From a virus, in IMG/VR virus record IMGVR_UViG_3300027792_000010: DNA of 64,000 nt; one strand, 5' to 3'. This document shows positions 9,356-16,951 of the stretch, one piece after another. Position 1 is the stretch's first letter. Every line of letters starts with the position of its first letter. Below the pieces are notes generated by a model that was not told where the DNA came from, did no database searches, and saw nothing but the letters and a program-made list of their open reading frames with translations. Both the position numbers and the translations under genes were made by a program.

Positions 9356-9742
9356 ATGAACAGAATTATTACTATAGTCTCATCTGATAAGATTACTCTA
9401 TCTATGTTCATAGACTTCTATGAGAAACTCTATGGAGATAATAAACTAGTCTTAGTTAGAGATATTAACTTTCTTTACTCTAAGCCTGTCCAGGAAAATA
9501 TATTTGTAGATTCTCTTAGAGAGGCTAAACAAAAAGGTCTGAGTCTTATTATAAAATACACTATTAAATCAAATACAGACCTAGCTAAGTATATGATTCC
9601 TATGTGTTTTCTCGATAATTCCGATTTGGTTATTAAGTTTGACATGTTCTCTTCAAAACCAGAAATTATTAAAGATAAACAAGGATCTACCCACCTTCTT
9701 GAAAGGTGGGAGGCAAATATTTCTGCATTGGATAGAACATAG
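9356..9742 (+). CDS. Hypothetical protein (possible degenerate RecA/DnaB-like fold)
   Basis: Good ribosome-binding site and promoter; weak pattern LVLVRD...LREAKQKGLSLII...SDLVIKF...IIKDKQG. Confidence 0.6.
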   Translation: MNRIITIVSSDKITLSMFIDFYEKLYGDNKLVLVRDINFLYSKPVQENIFVDSLREAKQKGLSLIIKYTIKSNTDLAKYMIPMCFLDNSDLVIKFDMFSSKPEIIKDKQGSTHLLERWEANISALDRT

Positions 9743-10012
9743 ATATTATACTTATGATAACCCTCATATTAAAAGCTACAAAAGCTAAACGTCTATGAGG
9801 AATTTTGACAGGGATTTAGGAAACCTGTTTCGTACATCAGTCTACTGCTTTAAATATCAGGAAGATGTAGTACGACCAGAAGCCTTAAAAAGGCCGATGG
9901 AGAACAGCTGATAGCAACTCTCGCTGAAATCGTAGCGTCAGAGGCTAAAGCCTTTCAGTATATAAGTCATTGATTTGGCTGTGTATTGACCGACTAAATC
10001 TTAACAAAAAAA

Positions 10013-10060
10013 GAAACAGTAATAACCAAAAAGAAGCCTATCAATCCTGTTACTTGGATT
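10013..10060 (+). repeat. 48-bp direct repeat, copy 2
   Basis: One mismatch to 9170-9217; followed by a CCCCGC/GCGGGG hairpin (10074-10091). Confidence 0.95.
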
Positions 10061-10126
10061 AAATTATTTAATGCCCCGCCTATTAGCGGGGGACAAGTTA
10101 TTAAAACGTAGTCGAAGGGGAATCCT

Positions 10127-11134
10127 TTGTTCTTCACAAAGATTAAAGGACATTCAGATATATTGTCCCAACTAAAAGAATGGCTACTTAATGAGTCTTT
10201 CTCTGGGGTATATCTTTTATGTGGGCCTAAGGGTGTAGGGAAGTATAGTACAGCAAAAATACTTTCAAAATATATACTATGCAATGGGTTAAAGGATGAT
10301 AGTTGTCGCTGTGCTCAGTGTAAGCAGTTCCCAGACCACCCTGATTTTCTGGAGATAGGTACCAATGAAGATGAGGAATTAAAAGTAGCTGATATAGATA
10401 GAGTCGATGAGTTTGTGACCTTACTACCCTTCAAAAGCAAGTATAGGGTTGTTTTGATAGATAATGCGGATAACTTAAACAATCAGGCAGGTAATAAGCT
10501 ACTTAAGATTTTAGAAGACTCAAAGCCTCATACCTTATTTTTTCTTGTTTCATCATTTCATGAGAAGCTCCTACCTACGGTTCATTCCAGAGCTTATTCA
10601 GTAGAGTTTAAAGCTCTGCAGTCGGAAGATATACTTGAAATACTTAAGACTCAAAGGATAGAACCTAATAAAATAGAAGCCTTAAAGGGTGTTGTTCCTT
10701 TTCTCACTCAGAGTATCCTAAAAGATGCCCTTAAGTATTATGAGTATGTAAGGGAACTTCCAGAATTCCTATTAGGGTTTTCTACAAAGACAGAAGATGA
10801 AGTCTTATCCTATTTAAGTTCAGTAAATGATAAAGAAGAACTTCTTTATTTCATAGAAGTTTTATTAGTGTATACCAACGATATTTTGAAGATAAAATAT
10901 GATGGTTCCGATTCAGTTATTTTTAAGAGTAGCCATGAGACCACAGTAAAAATATCTTTGGATTGGACCGATGATATTTGTGTAGCTCTGACTGAGAAGA
11001 TAAGAAAAATAATCACGGACAATAATAAGAATCTGTATATAAAATTGTACCCAAGAGTAAAAGTCGCAGTTAGTTGGATATATATGATATTAAAGACAGA
11101 GATTGAGAAAAGGAAGAAGAAAAATGGATTCTAA
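10127..11134 (+). CDS. holB: DNA polymerase III clamp loader delta-prime subunit
   Basis: YLLCGPKGVGK, Zn module C..CAQC, HPDF, RVVLIDNADNLNNQAGNKLLKILED, LLPTVHSRA. Confidence 0.85.
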   Translation: MFFTKIKGHSDILSQLKEWLLNESFSGVYLLCGPKGVGKYSTAKILSKYILCNGLKDDSCRCAQCKQFPDHPDFLEIGTNEDEELKVADIDRVDEFVTLLPFKSKYRVVLIDNADNLNNQAGNKLLKILEDSKPHTLFFLVSSFHEKLLPTVHSRAYSVEFKALQSEDILEILKTQRIEPNKIEALKGVVPFLTQSILKDALKYYEYVRELPEFLLGFSTKTEDEVLSYLSSVNDKEELLYFIEVLLVYTNDILKIKYDGSDSVIFKSSHETTVKISLDWTDDICVALTEKIRKIITDNNKNLYIKLYPRVKVAVSWIYMILKTEIEKRKKKNGF

Positions 11135-12032
11135 GTTCCTTTTACAGAATAAAGAACCTTTTTTGGTTAAGAGCTACATTGAGCAAATTAGGAATCAATT
11201 TCAGAATTTTGAAGTAGTATATACCGTAGAACCTGCGGACTTCATAGATAACATACATAGAGGTACTCTTTTTGGAGAAGGAAGTAGGATATTAGTTTTG
11301 AACCCTCTTACCGAGGAAGCATTAGAACCGATACACTCTGTAGTGTGTATGGAATCCCCAGATGTTTTTGTACTAGTAGATAATGGCGGACTTTCCAAAA
11401 ATAAGTTTTATACCAAGGTAAAGGCTCTCTGCAAAATTATAAAGGTAGAAAAATTAGAGGATAGGGAAGTAGAACCGTGGACTGACAAATATCTCAGAAA
11501 CAAAGGCTTTACCTGCGATCCAGAGGTATCTACTATAATAGCTTCAAGAAAAGGGAACAACCTTTACGCCATAGCCTATGAGATTAGGAAACTAGAGTTT
11601 GCATGTCCTGATAAGAAAGTTTCTAAACAAAAGTGTCTTGAGTTAGTTTCTTTTTCCGGGGAGACCAAGTTTTTTGATTTTTGTGACTACTTCTTTAGGA
11701 GACGGGTAAAAGAGACACTTTCGGAATTAGATAGGGTTTCTGAAGAATCATATATAGGTTTGGTGCATTTTTTGCTATCTTATATAGATAAGTTGTATAA
11801 GATATCTATCTACAAAGAGCAGAAAATGTCTGACGAAGATATCTGTAATATTTTAGATTTTAACAGATACATGTACAAGAGCAAATACCTTGTAGCTTTA
11901 TCAGCACTTGGGAAAGTAAGGCTTTTAAAAATTACGGATCTTTTAAATGACCTTGATCTGAAGTTAAGATTATGTAGATTTGATAAGAAATATTTGATGG
12001 TGAGTCTTATTGCAAGATGTATGAGGGTTTGA
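11124..12032 (+). CDS. holA: DNA polymerase III clamp loader delta subunit
   Basis: TLFGEGSRILVL, W...L..KG, GNNLYAIAYEIRKL, and a C-terminal collar ending DLKLR; adjacent to holB; ATG at 11124. Confidence 0.75.
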   Translation: MDSKFLLQNKEPFLVKSYIEQIRNQFQNFEVVYTVEPADFIDNIHRGTLFGEGSRILVLNPLTEEALEPIHSVVCMESPDVFVLVDNGGLSKNKFYTKVKALCKIIKVEKLEDREVEPWTDKYLRNKGFTCDPEVSTIIASRKGNNLYAIAYEIRKLEFACPDKKVSKQKCLELVSFSGETKFFDFCDYFFRRRVKETLSELDRVSEESYIGLVHFLLSYIDKLYKISIYKEQKMSDEDICNILDFNRYMYKSKYLVALSALGKVRLLKITDLLNDLDLKLRLCRFDKKYLMVSLIARCMRV

Positions 12033-12033
12033 T

Positions 12034-12213
12034 ATGTGCAAATGGAATCCTATAGAATGTAGCGAGAGCAAGACCCGTATAGAGATAAGAAAAGCTGTTG
12101 AAACTGTAGCAGGGATATATGATATGAGAGATACAATTTGCATCGGCTGTGGATCTAAGTCCAGTACTTGTATTGTCCCAGAACCTAAAATGAAAAAAGT
12201 TATAAAAAGATGA
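12034..12213 (+). CDS. Small Cys-rich protein (59 aa; not in ORF track)
   Basis: Manual translation MCKWNPIECSES...CIGCG...KR*; fills the gap and overlaps the next gene by ATGA. Confidence 0.55.
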   Translation: MCKWNPIECSESKTRIEIRKAVETVAGIYDMRDTICIGCGSKSSTCIVPEPKMKKVIKR

Positions 12214-12512
12214 ATAGAAATAACACAGAAGTATCTTTATCTATTTTAGGATTTGCAGCAGCTTTCTTTTTCTTTTTAATTTTTATAAACAAGAAGAAAA
12301 AGAAAAGGAAATCATCGCTTAACCTCCCTTTACTTTTTGATGGTAGGTATTATTCTATTAACTGTAATACTAATAAGCACTACAATTGGACTAATTCACT
12401 TACCTTCTCTGGTAAGGTCATTAAGGAGCTATTAGGAACCCGAAAAGAAAACCTTACTTGTACTACTTGCAAAAATCCATTAATAATAAGAAAAATTGAA
12501 GATGTTGAGTAA
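12210..12512 (+). CDS. Single-TM, Zn-ribbon membrane protein, paralog 1
   Basis: LGFAAAFFFFLIF followed by poly-K, and C-terminal CTTCKNPL. Confidence 0.7.
   Translation: MNRNNTEVSLSILGFAAAFFFFLIFINKKKKKRKSSLNLPLLFDGRYYSINCNTNKHYNWTNSLTFSGKVIKELLGTRKENLTCTTCKNPLIIRKIEDVE
12244..12288 (+). repeat. 45-bp perfect repeat copy 1 (TM-coding segment)
   Basis: Identical to 12542-12586. Confidence 0.95.
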
Positions 12513-12786
12513 TGACGATGATACCATAGCATCCTTATATGTTTTAGGATTTGCAGCAGCTTTCTTTTTCTTTTTAATTTTTATAACAAAAAAGAAAAAG
12601 AAAAAGTACCAAGGCCCTATTCATTTTGCTGATAACGGATTCTATGATTTAGGGTGTAATTGTTGTAATTGGAAAAATATAGCAGTGGAGGGATCAGTGC
12701 TGAATTATCTTCTGAAAAGGGATGGATATTTTTGTCGTACCTGTGGTAATCCTTTGTTTATAAGAAGAGCTGAAATATATGATTGA
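12502..12786 (+). CDS. Single-TM, Zn-ribbon membrane protein, paralog 2
   Basis: Same TM segment and poly-K; CNCC...CRTCGNPL. Confidence 0.7.
   Translation: MLSNDDDTIASLYVLGFAAAFFFFLIFITKKKKKKYQGPIHFADNGFYDLGCNCCNWKNIAVEGSVLNYLLKRDGYFCRTCGNPLFIRRAEIYD
12542..12586 (+). repeat. 45-bp perfect repeat copy 2
   Basis: Identical to 12244-12288. Confidence 0.95.
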
Positions 12787-13090
12787 TCGTGGCGTTGTAA
12801 TAGAGATAGATATTGATAAGGATAGGCTTCGTGAGATCGTCTCAGAAGCTCTTAGGATGATCTATGAGTACCTTGGTGGGGAATATACCAAGACGCAAGG
12901 TGATGTCCTTACTGAGTTGGAAAGCTATATAAGCATAGATCGAATCTCTACTGAGTTCTTTCTTCATATAGGTAGTCGTTCTATCCCAGACATGAAAATG
13001 CGTGTGGACCCTAGGAGAAGAAAAGTTTTTTTGAAGTCTAGCTTCAGGAAAAAAGTTGCGAAACTTAATCATTTTATGAAGTTACTATGA
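12779..13090 (+). CDS. Hypothetical protein
   Basis: 103-aa ORF overlapping the previous gene. Confidence 0.65.
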   Translation: MIDRGVVIEIDIDKDRLREIVSEALRMIYEYLGGEYTKTQGDVLTELESYISIDRISTEFFLHIGSRSIPDMKMRVDPRRRKVFLKSSFRKKVAKLNHFMKLL

Positions 13091-13124
13091 ATATAGAGAT
13101 AATAACTTTGAAAGATATATTATT

Positions 13125-13607
13125 ATGAGAGTAGAACCATTATTTATACGGTATGCCAATGGATCAGCTAGTACCGAGAGTATTATTAAGAGCTATTTAT
13201 CCATAGTTGAGGATGGTAATTCTAAGGAAATAGCAGAAGCCGCTCTTATCAGCATTCCTGACCTTACGATGTTTAGAAGAGACTTTAGGAATTGTATAGA
13301 TGATTTAATAGATAATGGAATTAATAATCAGTTCATAAATTATGTAGATAGCTATATGAAGCCATCGTTAGAGGAGTATATAGAAGGAAGTAATGCATCA
13401 AGAACGGGAGAAAAGAGAAGGGTAATAATAAAGGCAGAGGATACTCCTTGGATAGAGGCTATGGTATGTTACAATATGTCCTTATATATAAGGGTTTATG
13501 GGATTTCTGAGATAAAACATTGTCCTAATTGTGGTAACTTTTTTAGCCATAAGGGAAAATACGCTAAATATTGTAGTGATATTTGTAAGGGAAATGCAAG
13601 TAAATGA
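13125..13607 (+). CDS. CGNR-type zinc finger protein
   Basis: C-terminal IKHCPNCGNFF...KYCSDIC. Confidence 0.6.
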   Translation: MRVEPLFIRYANGSASTESIIKSYLSIVEDGNSKEIAEAALISIPDLTMFRRDFRNCIDDLIDNGINNQFINYVDSYMKPSLEEYIEGSNASRTGEKRRVIIKAEDTPWIEAMVCYNMSLYIRVYGISEIKHCPNCGNFFSHKGKYAKYCSDICKGNASK

Positions 13608-14125
13608 GTATAGCATTGTTAGCTTTTGGGTTACAAAAGGCATACTTACACCCCCAGGGAAGCAGGTATCTTGGAGCTAAAGCTGAGATATACAAGGTTA
13701 GGATACTTGATTACTTCCGAACTTTAAATCGTAATGATATTAAAGTATACTTAATAAGGGAGGTTCATCAAGTTGATGATAAATTTTACAGTAGAACAAA
13801 AACACATTCTATTGCTGGTACTAAAGATGTAGAAATACCAGAGGAGTATAAGCCTTATATTCATTTTATAGTAAATACAAGCAGATACAATGCTTTTTAC
13901 AAAACAGCTCTGGATTCAGAGCTATATAAGATTAAACCTGAAAAGGTGTTCCTATTAGGATTTGAGACCCATACTAATGTTCTTTTTACAGCGGAAGAGC
14001 TAAGAAATAGAGACTATGACGTTACCGTTATAGAGCCATTAGTTATGGCGGAAGATGAATACCTACACTCAATAGCACTTACTATGATGGTTGATTTTTT
14101 ATCTACAGACATTAAACAGGAGTAA
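13604..14125 (+). CDS. Isochorismatase/nicotinamidase (cysteine hydrolase)-fold protein lacking the catalytic triad
   Basis: ALLAFGLQKAY, REVH, HSIAGT, SRYNAFYKTALD, VFLLGFETHTNVLFTA, RDYDVTV: the fold motifs are intact but Asp/Lys/Cys are replaced by Gly/Thr/Asn. Confidence 0.8.
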   Translation: MSIALLAFGLQKAYLHPQGSRYLGAKAEIYKVRILDYFRTLNRNDIKVYLIREVHQVDDKFYSRTKTHSIAGTKDVEIPEEYKPYIHFIVNTSRYNAFYKTALDSELYKIKPEKVFLLGFETHTNVLFTAEELRNRDYDVTVIEPLVMAEDEYLHSIALTMMVDFLSTDIKQE

Positions 14126-14128
14126 ATT

Positions 14129-14449
14129 ATGGTCGATTTATACGAGATAAGGTTAAAGTGCCCCTACTGTAAGACAGAGACCGCCTTATTAGTTCACGAA
14201 AGTAACCCAGTTATGTTTGAATGCCCTGGGTGTGATAAAAATGTTGTGATACAGAATAATATTGTGTATACTATTACAAGGAAGTACTTCAATAAGATAG
14301 CTAAGAAGTATAAGACAGAGCATTGCGGGGAAATTGTTGGTTATAAAATCAATAGCAATGATGTTATCAGCCAAAAAGAGATAGACAACCTCCATAAGGA
14401 ACTATCTGGAATCTCCACAGTAGATGACTTTATTAAGAAGTTAGAATAG
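14129..14449 (+). CDS. Zn-ribbon protein
   Basis: CPYC and CPGC pairs. Confidence 0.65.
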   Translation: MVDLYEIRLKCPYCKTETALLVHESNPVMFECPGCDKNVVIQNNIVYTITRKYFNKIAKKYKTEHCGEIVGYKINSNDVISQKEIDNLHKELSGISTVDDFIKKLE

Positions 14450-14454
14450 TTTAC

Positions 14455-14483
14455 TTTAAAAAACCTTAACCATTAAGTACATT
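14455..14483 (+). promoter_or_regulatory. Class I promoter TTTAAA-N17-TACATT
   Basis: Exact motif in the gap before the 14490-19192 replication genes. Confidence 0.7.
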
Positions 14484-14489
14484 ATTTAT

Positions 14490-14918
14490 ATGGAAAATAA
14501 AGACCTGGATGGAAAAATAGTTTATTTGACCCTTTTCTATGAAAAGTGGATACGAGAAGTTCACCCGGAATTCAACATACCTATGGTCAATCGTTTGGCT
14601 AAGGTTGTTAAGATATTAGATTGGGAAACTGATGAAGGCAAGCTCGTTCTAAGCGAGAGGAAGAGAAACGGCAAATGGGACAAACTAAAGCCAGAGGATT
14701 ACAGGTTTGTTCTTGATATCTACTACCCAGAATTGGCACTCACCAGAAAAACTATAGCTATATCGGAGATGGTACCGAGGTATTATCCAGATAGTAAGGA
14801 TGAATTATTTAAGATCCTACCAGATATTATGATAACTGGGTTACTAAAAAAAGAACAGAATATGTTTAGGGTAGTAAAAAAGAATGTATCTAAACAACCT
14901 AATACAAAGATCAAATAA
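14490..14918 (+). CDS. Hypothetical protein
   Basis: 142-aa ORF in the replication operon. Confidence 0.65.
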   Translation: MENKDLDGKIVYLTLFYEKWIREVHPEFNIPMVNRLAKVVKILDWETDEGKLVLSERKRNGKWDKLKPEDYRFVLDIYYPELALTRKTIAISEMVPRYYPDSKDELFKILPDIMITGLLKKEQNMFRVVKKNVSKQPNTKIK

Positions 14919-15576
14919 GTATATATTTCAGTATCCTGAAGCAGTGACATACTTAGAAGGCAGAGGAATAACTCAGGAAGATATACTTAAATACTCTTTA
15001 GGATTTACGAAATATGTTAGTTTGTCGGATGATGGTTCAGAGGACTATCAATTTCTGGCTAAGAAAACAGCAGGTTTTCAGATGCTTCAGGGTAAACTTA
15101 TTATACCCTGTAAGAATTTATTAGGTCACGTTAATGGGCTTGTAGTTAGAGATATCTACAAGAAAGAATATAGGCAGTACTTTTTAGATGAGGCTAAGAA
15201 GCTAGGGACTTTTTTTGGGCTCTACGAAGCTTTTCCTGAGATACTTCGTACCGGAAAAGTTTTTATCCACGAGGCAGCACTGGATAGTATTTCTTTCGCT
15301 AAGGCGTTTCCTAATAGTGTCTCGGTATTGACTTCCTTCATAAACGAAGTTCAATACGAGACTTTATCTATGTTAGCTGATAAGATTATCATGGTCTTTG
15401 ATGAGGATAGTGCAGGTAGTAAGGGGAGAGATCAAGTCTATAACCTTTATGGGCGTAAACATTTATCTGACATCTCCATTGGGTACAATGATTCTAATGC
15501 TATTCTAAAACGCTTAGGGCAGGAATCTTTTAAGAAATATATATGGAACAGAGTTCCTATTTTACTAAGAGAATAA
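14884..15576 (+). CDS. dnaG: DnaG-like primase catalytic (Toprim) core, no N-terminal Zn domain
   Basis: AVTYLEGRGI...YSLGF, LIIP..N..G.V.G...R, FIHEAALD, MVFDEDSAG. Confidence 0.75.
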   Translation: MYLNNLIQRSNKYIFQYPEAVTYLEGRGITQEDILKYSLGFTKYVSLSDDGSEDYQFLAKKTAGFQMLQGKLIIPCKNLLGHVNGLVVRDIYKKEYRQYFLDEAKKLGTFFGLYEAFPEILRTGKVFIHEAALDSISFAKAFPNSVSVLTSFINEVQYETLSMLADKIIMVFDEDSAGSKGRDQVYNLYGRKHLSDISIGYNDSNAILKRLGQESFKKYIWNRVPILLRE

Positions 15577-15601
15577 ATATTAAAACATTATTAGGAGCTA
15601 T

Positions 15602-16951
15602 ATGTTTTCAACAAAGTATCGACCATTGGATTTCAAAAGTGTCATAGGTTTGGAAGTACAGAAGGAAATACTTCAGAATATTCTAAGGAGGCAGGAGTAC
15701 GATCCTGCTTATCTTTTCTCAGGGGATTGGTCAACAGGAAAAACTACTCTTGCTAGAATATTTGCCAGAAGTATTTTTTGTGAAAATCGCAAGGAAGATA
15801 TGTCCCCCTGTAATGAGTGCTTCTCCTGCCGTGAGTTCCTCTCAGAACGCCACCCTGGATACATCGAGATAGATGCTGCAAACAATGGAACAAAGGATAA
15901 GATAAAAGAAATACGAGATAGTTTATCCTATGATTCTGTATCCAGAAGATTAGTAATTCTTTATGATGAGGCACACAATATAAGTAAAGAGGGGAAAGAC
16001 GCTTGGCTTAAGGAGCTTGAGAAGGAATATAAAAATGTACATCTGATATTCTGTACTACAGAAATAGATAAAATGCCTGACTCCCTAAAATCTCGTTGTA
16101 TGCATTTTACGATAAATCATCCCACTGAAGCACACATTAAAGATAAACTCAGATATATTAGTCTACAAAATAATTTAACTGTTGAGGACGATGCCCTTAG
16201 TACTATAGTACAAGGCGTAGGGTGCCATTATAGAGATGCTGAAAATAAGCTGCGTCAGATATCTTTTATAGGTGACATAACTATAGAGAATGCAAAGAAA
16301 GTCGTCAATATCTATAATGAAGAAGTCTCAAAGATGCTTATAGCACTATCCTTTAATATAAATGAGGCTATGGTTATAGCAGACTTCTTAGTACAAAGGA
16401 TGACCATAAAAGAGATATATAACAATATTATTAAGATACTTATTGATAGTCTTAGGTTAATTAATGGGATATCTAATGATAGTCAGACTTATAATGCTAT
16501 TCTAAGTAGTGTAGCTAAACAGTATGGGGAGTCCTTATACGAGGTTATAGATTTTATCCTATCTAAAAATAGATTAAATGATTTATCTTTATTTCAATCG
16601 GACCTTCTTCTGATACATTACAAGTACTTAAGATCTCATTTTGACCCTAAGAATACTACTGCTATCCCTGAACAGCCTACTACATCAAGTACTGAACCTA
16701 TAGAGAGAAAAAAAGTTAATAAGATGGATGAGCTTAAAACAGTAAGTTCCCCGTGGGAAAGAGCAGAGCTAATACGTAATATGAAAAAAGAAAAAAAGGA
16801 AGCTGGGGATACTCGTGTTCCAGAAGTGGTATCCTCAGAATGGGGGTCTCCTGTAGATAGTTTTGGAGTAGGCTCTATCTTGAAGAAGGAGATTACCCCA
16901 GAGCAGTTTGGGAAAAAAGTAAGGAGACTGTTGGATGAAAACAAAATATAA
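15602..16951 (+). CDS. dnaX: DNA polymerase III clamp loader gamma/tau subunit
   Basis: KYRPLDFKSVIG, YLFSGDWSTGKTT, PCNECFSC, EIDAANN, YDEAH, LKSRC, RDAENKL. Confidence 0.9.
   Translation: MFSTKYRPLDFKSVIGLEVQKEILQNILRRQEYDPAYLFSGDWSTGKTTLARIFARSIFCENRKEDMSPCNECFSCREFLSERHPGYIEIDAANNGTKDKIKEIRDSLSYDSVSRRLVILYDEAHNISKEGKDAWLKELEKEYKNVHLIFCTTEIDKMPDSLKSRCMHFTINHPTEAHIKDKLRYISLQNNLTVEDDALSTIVQGVGCHYRDAENKLRQISFIGDITIENAKKVVNIYNEEVSKMLIALSFNINEAMVIADFLVQRMTIKEIYNNIIKILIDSLRLINGISNDSQTYNAILSSVAKQYGESLYEVIDFILSKNRLNDLSLFQSDLLLIHYKYLRSHFDPKNTTAIPEQPTTSSTEPIERKKVNKMDELKTVSSPWERAELIRNMKKEKKEAGDTRVPEVVSSEWGSPVDSFGVGSILKKEITPEQFGKKVRRLLDENKI

Noticed and set aside
9807-9840. Hammerhead-ribozyme-like core on the minus strand (CTGATG-TAC-GAAAC-AGG...CCTGTC, with stem III and a GUC site)
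   Set aside because: Invariant A9 is U, there is no stem II, and the flanks do not pair to form stem I, so it is unlikely to be functional. Kept only as part of the structured-RNA candidate.
11942-11970. Additional TTTAAA-N17-TAAGAT promoter-like match
   Set aside because: Lies inside holA and the -10 departs from TAYATT; could be chance in AT-rich DNA.
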